A stretch of 63,776 nt of DNA, the filler included, from Diploschistes diacapsis (lineage: Eukaryota), in NCBI GenBank assembly GCA_023645945.1. It is 7 parts of 7 records of this genome, joined end to end, with 100 filler letters (N's around TTAATTAATTAA, not from the genome) between each part and the next. Parts side by side here need not be neighbours in the genome. Positions count along the whole stretch, not along the records: positions 5,887 to 34,392 come from JALAIB010000148.1; 6 more parts are not named here. The stretch is one strand, 5' to 3'. The notes beneath the pieces are model-generated. The model had not been told where the DNA came from. It saw only the letters and a program-made list of their open reading frames with translations, and did not search any database. This document shows positions 14,034-25,151 of the stretch, piece by piece. A program made the position numbers and the translations under genes. Within the stretch, counting starts at the first letter, position 1. Each line of letters opens with the position of its first letter.

Positions 14034-15611
14034 TTATGCTTTTGCGAAAAATCCCCACCCTCCCCTCCTGACCCTCACGAAGGCGAAGCATACGGTGCCA
14101 GCAGCATAGCAGGCCACCGTAAACGCAATCAACCCCCGGTAGTTCCCACCATCTCTCGTCAATATCTCGCCCGCAATCGGCACGCCCGTCAAGCATCCGA
14201 CGCTGACGACAGTATAGCAAGTAGCGTAATATCTCCCGTACTCCTCCACATCGCATAGCTGTCCCACGCACACAGGCGTCAAGCTGATATTGCTCCCGCT
14301 TGCGAAACCAAAGAAGATCGAGAATAGGACCGCAAGGACTATTCTGCAGTCCGGTACAACAGTAGCTGGAATAAAGAAGACGAGCAGAGAGAACAGGCAG
14401 AGGAACATGGTGATGATCATGGTGTTGAAGCGGCCAATCACATCCGCCGCGTAGCCCGGTATCCAGCGTCCGAAGAATGAAGCCGCGTTCAGAATCGCCA
14501 GGAGCTCGAACGCGAATGCCTGGTTTCCCACCCCGTTGTCCAGCGCCCATGATGAAATATACGTGAGCGGAATGAAGAGGCCCCATTCCATGAAGTACAC
14601 TCCCGCTGTAGTGACCGCGAAGTTCAGCTGTCTGAAAATGCGAAAGTCGGGCCAGACAGATCCGCCCGGTCTCGGCGGCAGACGGGAGCGGATGAGCAGG
14701 TTCGCGATGCAGACAAGGAACAGGTCGATGAATGCCATGATCCTGATGGCCCATGTCCAGCCGATGGAGATTAAAAGACGCTGGAGAATGAGTGGAAAGA
14801 CTACGCCGCCTACGGAACCACCTGTGGCTGCGAGGCCAGTAGCGGTGCCGCGTTTGATGGAGAAGAAGTGTGCAATAGAGGACACGGCGGGCGTAAAGAT
14901 GAGGGACGTACCGACGCCGCCGGCTATGGAGAAAGAGAGGAGGAAATGCCAGTATTCTAACGGTATTCAATGATTGGACTAGCAGAGTGCAAAGCACTCC
15001 CTGTAAGGAATATAGTAAGGCCTACCAGTAGAATTGGCGAGTCCAAAAGTCCCTGCAACAAGGCAGATGCTCCCCCAAAACACCAGCCATCTCGGCCCTT
15101 TGGCATCGAAGATTGGGCCTATCTGCACGCCGCAGAAGAAGGAGAGAAATATATATATCGAAAAGATCCAGCCAATGCTCGAGGAGTCGTACTCCGCCAG
15201 TTGGTGCGCAGAGACATAGGCTTGCAGCACCCCAACGGTGTTCATGAGGCCGAAACAGGCAAACATGCCAGAAAAAGAGCCACAGACGACCAGCCATGCT
15301 CGCAAGCCACCTTCGGGGTACTCAGCCTTGGGCTGCAGGACCTCAGGTTGTGTGACCGAGGCGGCTACGGGCGTCACGGTCCTGCGGATGGCAGTAGTAC
15401 TTCCGCCGGATGATGCATTCTCATCAACGAGCGTGTCCTTTTCGATATCGAGACGATTAGTAGCGGTAACAGGCGTTCTGCTAGTGCTGACTCTCTCATT
15501 TTCGCCTTGGTAAGGAATTGGCTCCTTTTTGCTGAAGAGGCCAATATCATCCCGCAGGTGAGGTGAGGTCTCCGCATGTTGTGAACTGCCGGGACTGATT
15601 GTCGAACTCAT
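14034..15611 (-). CDS. MFS monocarboxylate-porter family transporter (Mch5-like)
   Basis: YPEGGLRAWLVVCGSF, GVQIGPIFDAKGPR, HFFSIKRGTATGLAATGGSVGGVVFP, ADVIGRFN; one intron at about 14959-15025. Confidence 0.93.
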
Positions 15612-16176
15612 TATGCGCACAACGCTCAGCTTGAGAGGAGAGGCTCGCAAAGACCGCTAGTCAAAATGGTGGGGCTCATGATGAAATACTTGCGGTGGAG
15701 TCCTGGTGGTTAAAATTTCAGTGTGAGCCGTGGGCTGATTGCCGATTTTCGGCGTATCCCAAGGATCGCCCCAATCAACAAATCAACAAGAAGCTGAAGG
15801 AGCCATAGTCGCTTCGTTGGAGGCAACTAGGCACACAAGTGTCCTTTGAGGCTCGTGGAAGTTGGCGCGATTGGGTGGCTTTAGCAACATCGAGTAGCTA
15901 TTGTATCTCCCGTGGTCGATATTTATAGGCAGCTCTGTGATGAATATAGGTAGTAACACTTGGAAGAGAGAGTCATGGCGAGAATGACACGTAAGCTTGC
16001 ACGCAGACATTAATTGTTGTAACCAAAGCATAGGGTAGCAAAAACCCAAACCTGAACGTGCACGCCCATGTCCGAACAGCGGTCACCCAGTGCTCCCCGC
16101 CCCCAAAATACTGGCCAACAAAGCAACTTGGGTATCACGAAGTCATTAATCATACAAGAAGTCCAGCGCAATAAGC

Positions 16177-16948
16177 TCAAAATCCCCAAACTATCGCCGC
16201 CACAATAGAGGCCATGACCCAGTAACCAGTCACATCCATCGTACCTTGCCTCAAACTCGCTCCAGCTGAGCTCGTTCCGTTCGGCAGGGTGCCGTTGATG
16301 ACGACAGTCTTGGTCCCATTGACAGTCGTAACATTCGCCACACTGCTATTCTGCAGCATCTGGGTGACCAAGGTCTGATTGTTCGTATCGTCACAACCGC
16401 AAGGATTGTACGGTGAGCACAGGCAATCAACCGGTAGCGAGTCGTTGCGGTGTGTGTTCGGGTCGACGTAGTAATAAGGATGCGAATACGGATAAGAGTA
16501 GGCGCCGTAAAGGAACAGAGCACCCGCGCCAAATCCTAGCGCGCCGCCAGCGAGAAGAGGCGTTGGGGCAATACCGCCCGGCGAGCGGCCACCAGCAGAA
16601 TATGACATGGATGAGCCGCCTGGATAGCTACGGCCGCCTCCAAAGCTAGGAGAGGAGCTGTCGAAAGTTAGCTTTTTTGCTCGCAACGTGAATGACAGAC
16701 TTGAGGCATCAAACGTACGATGTACTGCCACTACGAGCGCCAGAACCTGAGGATGCCGACCCGGATGAGCCGCCACCGCGTCCTCCGCCTGAACCGTGAC
16801 CGCCTCCGCCTCGTCGCTTTTCCAGGCGCTGCGCGAAGGTATCTGAGTGGTCTCCGGATGCTGTATATACGGGATTCAGAGGTATCGAGAGTGCGGATGC
16901 AATGGCCGGTATCAGCAGGAGGACCTGTGTTATCGAAGAGAAATGCAT
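16177..16948 (-). CDS. Secreted/membrane-anchored glycine-rich protein with Cys cluster
   Basis: Signal peptide MHFSSITQVLLLIPAIASA, LEKR site, Gly/Ser tract, VDCLCSPYNPCGCDD, several N-glycosylation sequons, hydrophobic C-terminus; intron 16658-16718. Confidence 0.85.
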
Positions 16949-18389
16949 GATAAGCTGTGTGCTGTGAGGTGATTAGGATGATCGAATAGATGTTTTCAGG
17001 GAAGTTGTCGCAGTATGATAAATAAGAGTAAAAGATGGGTATTCGTTGATAAAATTTTGTACTTCAGTGCGCAAACAAAGCAAAGGGGGCGATTGTTCAC
17101 ATAAACGTGATCGTACTTCAATGACTTCATGATGCCTAGGCACTAATTATGAAGTAGCTCGTATGCCACACTACAAACGGATCGAGCGATCGGCAAAAGT
17201 CAAAAGTGACCACGAGCGGGTTGTGGCGGGTTGTGGCGGTGCACCATATCTCGCAGAGCCCGATTACCTAAGTTTACCTAAATTGAAGGCACAGAGATAC
17301 GGTCTGCTCGGTACGGTAAATCAGCATCAGGAGGATCATTGGGACGAGAGAATCCGTTTTAGGGGCGAAGAGAAAGAGCAAGAGGGAAGAGAAGCCGGGG
17401 TTGAACGCCTAGTATATGTATGGTGCAGGGGAATATCAGGAAATCTACTTGGTTTGCACATAAAAAAAAGGCCTTCAAAACATGCATGGGAAAGCTTCTT
17501 GCCGTCTGAGGAACAACCTCTCTCTATTCAGATAGCTCAACAATTTAAAAGCTGTAGTAGGCAAGTACTGCAGTGATCCGCCACACGGTTTTAACACAGG
17601 GCAAGCCGCAGGCGGGCGTGTAGGACGGTCTGTAAACAGGACGTCTTCTTCCAGCTTCGGCATACTGAGTAGCATCCGTAAGGGCTCGCTCGATCTTGGA
17701 GATTGATTGTTTAAAAGATCTTGCCTCGATGCCATGCAGTGCTTCCCTAAGCAAGCCCATGCCAAGACTTCGATCCACGGCCTGGGAGCCCACGCCCACC
17801 CAGTCGCCCTAGAAAGGTTTGCGTTCGAACATCCGGACGCGCCATTCCGCTGTACATCGATACTGCAGTGGTATGTATTAGTTTTTTAGCATCTGCGACT
17901 CCTGTGAGCATGCATTACCTATTGTCTTCTTTTGCGAGGCTCACCTCTGCATGTGCGTGCTTCGTGTTGCTGCTTACTGACAATGCCTTTCCTGTACTCT
18001 GAGAAGTGTAGCCGCTGTCTCGACCGACAGGAACACGTGACTTGATGTATTGTAACGGGTCTGATGGTAACAAATCTTCAACTGGACCTTCAGATGAGAG
18101 AACCTGCACAAGGTTTCTGTCATCAGAAAAGGGTGCCGCTATTCAGTTTGCCTGCCCATTTTCAACGTCAAAGGCGTGTTCTGGCCCTCGCTAACACGCC
18201 TAATCGCTGATAAACACATTCAATAATAGCTAGCATGTGTGCATGCATTGCAATGTGCCGATAGTCGTGAGCTTCTGTTGATTTCCGAAGCGCTGGCGAT
18301 TCGAATGTATGCGCTCAGTAGGCCGCCCAAACCGCTCGGTTTCTGTTGCTGGGAAAAACCCCTCAAACTGTTGTGATTAAGCAATCTCT

Positions 18390-20423
18390 TCATTTTGAGC
18401 GATCGGGGTCTTCATAGATGAACTTTTGCACTTTTGGGCTGAATTGCAACAACTTCTTCTCCGAATTCCACAGAGGACTCTCACGCAGGGTCTTCCTTGG
18501 TACGCCCTTTTTCTTGGCCCTCGACTGCCACACAGCCAGTGGCATGTTCTCCGGCGGTCTGCTGCCCGTATATTTGAGCTTGTAATCCTGCATCGCTTTG
18601 CTTTCGTAAAGACCCTTGTCTTCGACTCCGGGGGCGTTGAGGAAGCTGCGTGATCGGACTGAAGGGTGTATGAACTCGTTCGTGTTCTTGAGCAGTTTCC
18701 GCGTTGGACGACCCGTTGCAGAATCGATGCGGTAGTAAGCGCCTGGTGTACGTATTTTCTTCCCCCCGAGAGCAAATATCGCTTTCCTCGAGTTGTATAT
18801 TTCACCTGTTTCATGTCAGAGGCGCGCTTTCAAAAGGCTGTCCCAACATACCAAAGGACCAAGGCCGAGGCTCCTGGCCGGACTTCTCATAGTACGAGTA
18901 CGTTGCATGGTGCTGTTCTTGTATGTAGTTCGGATGAAAATCGATAAACGGTTCCAATTGGGCAATCATCCACGCGAGGGTGATGTTGGAGACCTCCTGG
19001 TCAGGGTAACCCCCGCCCACATTCGAATGTACACCGGGAAACCAAACTTGTCGAAGAATCTATCAACCGTTTAAAACGCGACTGGCTGGCCCCACGAAAT
19101 GGGGTACGTACTGTAGTACTCCTGCTGGATTTTTCCCACAAGGCAGGCGTGAAAGCTGCCCTCTGCTCATCAAGGGCCAATGCTTGAAACGCGTTTTCGA
19201 TGCTTTCGTCCAGGCCGGTGTCGTAGAAGGAGTACTCCTTCATCTTGCGGCTCTGAAGACCAATCCGCTCTAGAATTGGTATACGGGGTATACCAAGTGA
19301 TCCTTCGAACCCGTTACTCAGATCGGTCCCACCAGAGGAAGTATGTAGAACGCTACGTACCGACGGTTTCGAAAACCCCAATTGCTTTGATCTTGATGCC
19401 TAACCGTGTAAGACCACGCTGTTCAAGATTAATCGCTATTTACTAAGAGGGTCAAAGTTGGTATTACGGATTGAAGCTCGTTCCTGTACTTTGGATCGCT
19501 GGCGCTTGGCTTGTTATGGAACGGGACATTTGGGAAGGGGGAGTCGTAGTTGTTATCCAGACGGTGCTCGTAATCCTCAAAGACTACGCCGAGGAACTCC
19601 AAGCCGGGCTTGGTCAACAGTCCAACTACGGTGATCATACCAGCAATGCTACGAGCGGTAAATGCGCCCCTCGAGAAGCCGACGAAGAAGATCTCGTCTC
19701 CTGGGGTGTAATTGTTGGCGACTGCATCAGAAAGTCAAACACGACCCCTCGTCGGCGCTTTGGTACAGCGAAAACTTACGGAACGAGTAGCCCTCGCGGA
19801 CATTGTCAGCAAGACCTGCCCCCGCCCCGCCACCCACGGTCCGGGTAATGGGGCCACCGGCGGTGCCTACACCAGCCTGGTAGTAGACGACCTGAGGGAT
19901 CCGATCGGAACTGGTGGACTTGATGGCCCTGCATAAGCGCGTGACATTACTCGGCACAGGCACTTGATTGTGCTTTAGGCCGCTGTCTGCATCGAGCCAT
20001 GTCCCTGCACAACATATTGGTACATGTACATGAAGAACCGACATTATCAACAACTAGGAAAGGCTTCTTACCATCGCATGCAACAATCAGGCGCTTGCGA
20101 GAACCCAACACTCCAGAAGGCGGGGCAGGCGGATAGTAGGATGAGGTTGCCGACGCCGGAGGGATCCCGATGGGTGGCGGCCTCGGCCCGCCGACATGGT
20201 TCCTCGGAGGCATAAGCCCAGCAGACGGTGGAGCGCTCGGGCCCGGCGGCGGGTGTGTGCTTGTAGGTCGAGGTGCCGCCTGCAACGCGGGTGAGTGCGC
20301 CGTCAAGGCTCCGGAGTATAATGGCCGAGCCGGCGCGTATCGCGAGTAGGGTCCGGCTGGATAGGGAGATACAGGAGGAGGATGCGGAGAGATCCCGGGT
20401 GCCGGAGAAGGCGTTGCCTGCAT
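18390..20423 (-). CDS. DUF2235 (Tle1-like) alpha/beta-hydrolase with Pro-rich N-terminus
   Basis: KRLIVACDGTW, SNVTRLCRAI, VVYYQAGVGT, GFSRGAFTARS nucleophile motif, AFQALALDEQRAAFTPALW, VGGGYPDQ..SNITLAWM; about six introns. Confidence 0.9.
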
Positions 20424-21524
20424 ATTGATCGTTTGAAAGGCGGAACGGTTAACGGTTTCCTGAATAGGTATTGATGATATGCATGGGTCACAGTGACGTA
20501 TCGCGGTTAAACTTTTTTCGAAGTTACAAGCTCATTGAACTCCATAACCGTGACGGGAAGAATGAGATCGAAGACTGAGTGCGAAGAATGTATAGAAAAA
20601 AGGACACATCAATTTCGCGCGACATCTCTATAGCGTTGGCCATACTTCTTGAAGCTCTAAACTCGCGAGGCTGGGGAAACTGACAGCCAACGACGCTGTA
20701 GATGCAAATTGACCCATCGGATAGCGGCTCCGTTATTATTGATTGCTTGAACCAATCAGCATCATTATGTCACGTGAAAGCATAAACGGTACAAATAAGT
20801 TATGCTTGTACAACAATCTTGGAAGTGTCTAATCTAAATTCCTGGCAGAGAATCCTCTTGCTTGCTAGCCGGGGACCGATCAAGTGGCATCGGAAGACCC
20901 AGAATAGCAGCGGCTATCAAAAGTGTTGCTACTGCCTTTGTGCGCCTGGACCTAACAGTGCAGTCGCACAAAAGCTCTCTGAGGAAGCAGAGGCTGCTCT
21001 GCTGCAGAGTGCATGCCAAGCAAATGACCCCTTAATCTAAGGCTGGCAATTTTTAAGCCGGACTCGGAGGAGAGGAGGGGGAAAACGGCCGACAAGTCTA
21101 AAACTCCTTGCAGAGCTGGCATTCAGGTTTCTGCGGGTCCGAGTGGTACGCTACTGTCCACCATCACAATCGCGTCGCAAAAAGAGCATGAATGAGCATT
21201 GAGTGAATTGGTCCCTGGGTTTCGCTTCAAGCAAAATCAGGATTCATAGAATTGTGGCATTTCTTTGCAGATGTTGGTTACTGTAGAAAAAGATGGCTGC
21301 CTACCTAACTATATTCCAAAAATCAGGTCACCCAAATTAGGTAGGAATTGCTCCCGGGATCATACAGGATTTGGGAGAGCTTTGTAGAGATCAAAATGGC
21401 CATAACACGGCAGTGGTGGGTTTCAACGGCAGGTGTGCAGTAGGGAATAACGGAAAGCGCATGAAGTAGTCAAGCAAGAGAACTCGAGAGACGTGACGTT
21501 CTGGTTACTAATAGTGACAGGCCA

Positions 21525-21626
21525 TGTTGGCGTGTTGGCGTGTTGGCGTGTTGGCATGATCCCGGCTAGAGACTAGAGACTAGAGACTAGAGAACTAGAG
21601 ACTACAAAGTGGACGTGGACGTGGAC
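21525..21626. repeat. Three adjacent short tandem repeats
   Basis: (TGTTGGCG)x~4, (CTAGAGA)x~5, (GTGGAC)x3 within about 100 nt. Confidence 0.9.
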
Positions 21627-22555
21627 AAGTCTGTAGCCAACCGAAATGAGGGATGGTGCCCCGGGCGCACAAGCACTCGCTTGTATGGTGCCAGGAGCCG
21701 CCTCCATGTTCCATATCCGTATCGTTGCAGTGAGTGAGTCGAGGTTAATGCAGCACTTTTGGGTATGTAGGCGGTTACAACTCTACCAAAGTAAAAACAG
21801 CAACAGCAATTGCAGAAAGCAAAAAATTAAAGCCATAAGTTCTTGCAACAATGCGTTTGTGAAAAGTGTGTAGAGTAGTAGGCGACAGGCTGAGAAGAGG
21901 CGAGAAGGGGCGAGAAGGTTTTTCGGAGGGTTTGTCCGCACAACCTCGTATTTGGGGTAGATTGGAAATTGGATGTGCGAATCCCCTGCATAAAAATGGG
22001 TAAAAATGGATAAGGTCAGAAAGAACAAACAAGGAGTTAAGCAAAAGTCATTACATCACACAGTGGGTCAAAGACCCATGGCAGTCGAGCTGAAGTACTA
22101 GTGCTATTTACTGTTTATCACACTGTAACTGGGAGGAAGTAAGTAAGGAGTTCTCACGAGCTTGGTTTTGGCCGGTTTAGCGGCCAGGAACGGGCGAGCT
22201 CCAGTTCCCAGTTGCCCAGCCACCGGCCGGTGGAAGTGGAGGGGAGCTCGACGCGCTACTGCAGTCATTAAAATATTCAACCCAAATCCCAAACAACCCC
22301 CTAAATATACCATGCAGGGTTGCGCTACTTAAACATTTCCACTCCTTCCTCGCTCCTGCCCTTCTCTTTTCCTCTTCACCCTCACTCACCCTCACCCTCA
22401 CTATCAAAACATCAGGTCATCAGAAGTTGCTACTTAGCAATAGACATTCGCTTGTCAATTCTAATCAACTCGGCACTCTCCTTGTCAACTAATTCTACCA
22501 TTAATTACCAACAACAACCATCACCGAGACATCTCTCATCAAGCAATTAGCCACC

Positions 22556-23134
22556 ATGCGCTCTTCATACGTTGTTTTGGCCATTGCCTCTGCCGTCTCG
22601 GCTCAGGTCTTGTCCGAGTACTCTGACGGTCAACCTCAGCAGCCAACTGCGACCACCATCCTTCCGGTCGTTTCTGAGTCTTCCGAGGGTCAGCCCGAGG
22701 CTCCCACCTCTACTGCCATGGTCATTACCCCCGCGGCTCCTAAGCCCACCACTGTCGCCCCCGTTGTGTCTGAGTCCTCCGAGGGTCAACCCGAGGCTCC
22801 CACTTCCAGCGCCGTGGTCGTCCCTCCAGCAACCAGCGTTGCTCCCATCGCCACCAGCATTCCGGCTTCCACCATCCTCCCAGTCGTCTCCGAGTCGTCT
22901 GAGGGCCAGCCCGAGGCACCCACTTCCACCAAGGTTATTGTTTCTGGCACTCCTGCTCCCATTGGCAGCAACTCCACTCTCGCCACCACTCTTGCCCCAA
23001 CTCCTGTCAGCTCTGCAGGTGCAGGTGCCTCCACGAGTGCTCACGCTGTCTCCACTGCCGGTGCTGCTCTCTTCGGCTGGAGCATGGATGTCGCTGGTCT
23101 TGCCGGTGTCGGTGCTCTTGCTGCTCTCCTCTAA
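22556..23134 (+). CDS. Cell-wall mannoprotein with PIR-like repeats and probable GPI signal
   Basis: Signal peptide; SEYSDGQPQ plus three VVSESSEGQPEAPTS repeats; Ser/Thr/Pro-rich; hydrophobic C-terminal tail after STAGA; strong codon bias. Confidence 0.88.
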   Translation: MRSSYVVLAIASAVSAQVLSEYSDGQPQQPTATTILPVVSESSEGQPEAPTSTAMVITPAAPKPTTVAPVVSESSEGQPEAPTSSAVVVPPATSVAPIATSIPASTILPVVSESSEGQPEAPTSTKVIVSGTPAPIGSNSTLATTLAPTPVSSAGAGASTSAHAVSTAGAALFGWSMDVAGLAGVGALAALL

Positions 23135-25151
23135 GCATTTCGGCACCATCTACGGCTTTACGTGCTGCATGCAACAACTTTCCCATCAACGACTTCACGG
23201 CTACCCTTTAGGATTCAAGTTGCTGGCTCGATCTACTTTCAAGAGTACAATATTTGGTTCAACGATTCTAATCAGGGGCGTCGACACAGGAAGGCATGTA
23301 ATGAAATGGACAAGGGACACGTGAAACAACTTGATCAAAAGTCGTGTATCTTCTTTTCGACGAACATGGGTTTTACGGCGTCATTAATTTCTACTTCTAC
23401 TACCCATTGGGCTACGGGAATCACTGGCGCTGGTTTTACTCCAAGAACATAGTCCCCGTTCTCTCTATGCGATGTCCAGAACAACTGTAATGGCTGAGGA
23501 AAGGGAAACTTTGTCTTAGTTACTAGCATGCGTCCGACTTACCAGAGGACAGGATAATTAATTAGATCGAGAGAAATACATGCTTGGAATCATCATTTGC
23601 CTGTGTTTTGACGTGCTCGAGAATCTTAGTCAATTTTGTAGTCTTATCAAGGATCCGTTCCATGCAATAGATGGAAATAAGGGATGGACTCCACTGCATA
23701 GTTACGGTCGCACCGCATCGCGTCCCGCTCTACCCAAGCTTTCCAAGGTATCTAACAAACTTGAACGTTTTAGAAAGTTTTTGTACCTTTGAAAATTTGT
23801 TAAAAGCGTACCAGATTCATATACCAAAAATCGCTTTTAATCCAATCCAGCTTTCGTGTTAATCATTTCTTAACGAGACTTGAACACTCGATAGACAGTA
23901 TTATATATCTTGTTTAATATTATGCGAGTCTAAAAATATACCAAGAAATACTATTATTTCATGTAACTTTTACGCAAGGTTACCGGAATTCTAATACACC
24001 GTATTTTACGTGGCATTTACTTTATTAGGTTATATATACGCTAGCAAGCGTACACTTCCATCAGGGGTACTGTGGAAAGCTCGCCCGCATTCGGAGCTCG
24101 AAACAGATATCAAAACCACTGCACTATATACCATTACCCATTTCCCTCTGCAAAAGCTTCTAGTGTACATGACAGCTCACAAAAGCCATACTGTTTTTAC
24201 TTTTTGTCGTCCACGGGGGGCCGTGGAGTATCTGGGATTGATCGACCCTAACTAAGCCAAGGGGTCGAGCTTTCAACTTCACATCCCATCAAATGCCTAC
24301 AGCTGATCCACCCGCTCTTCCCATCGAACGAGAAACCATAACTTTTGATAATATTACACCTGCACGGAGGAGGGGGGACTACGCAGATACAAGAAAGGTA
24401 CAAAGTACTGGGCACACACACACACAAACGAAGAAGATCCAAGTAATAATAAAAAAAAGTACGACAAACGAAAATAACGCCCGGAGAACTTGTTTACCCT
24501 ACCGCCTTAGTAATACCGCATCCCAAGTTAGCATCCCCCTTCCACAAGCCCTCCAGGAACAAATACAAGCAACAATCGAAGGCTCGATCCCAATCACCGA
24601 AGATTCTGCATACATAACCAATATCCCCCCCCCCCTTCTTCAAGACTATCGACCTAGCTATACCACCCTTGTACCTCTGCGTGCGATACTATCTCACCCT
24701 CGAGCCGCGGAGGCTGGAGCTCAAAGCTCGCGAGTTCGGAAAAAAAATTGGGGGGGGGGGTGGAAGCCGCATGCAGGCTATGACGCCATCATTGATATTT
24801 TAGTTCAAAGGAGAAGAAACCGACAGGGAGCTGAAGGGCGGCTCTTGAAGGGTTTTCAACGGGCTTGTCAGAAGCCACCCCCTACCACCCCCGCTGCCTA
24901 AATATCTACAGTACCTTTTTTAATGTCCAAGAGTCCAAGGACCGGACCGCACTAGATACACTACTCACTCGGCCAGGCGAGCGCTGTTGGCGGTGCATGT
25001 AGTCACATTCCTCCTCCTCCTCCACCAGCCAGGTCCAGCGTTTTCGCCTACCAGACCAGTCCGAAGAGGGATCCGCTATTTACAACCGACCCACTCCCTT
25101 CTTCTCCATTCCGCAGTCGCTTCACTCGCAATCTCCAATTCCCTCCAAGTT

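Noticed and set aside
17545..17889. Short ORFs between the Gly-rich and DUF2235 genes
   Set aside because: No recognisable homology; may be intergenic or a decayed remnant
22565..23324. Long antisense and alternate-frame ORFs over the PIR-like gene
   Set aside because: Explained by codon bias and repeats of the real gene
23750..24030. AT-rich tract downstream of the wall-protein gene
   Set aside because: No TIR, TSD or second copy seen; cannot be called a transposon
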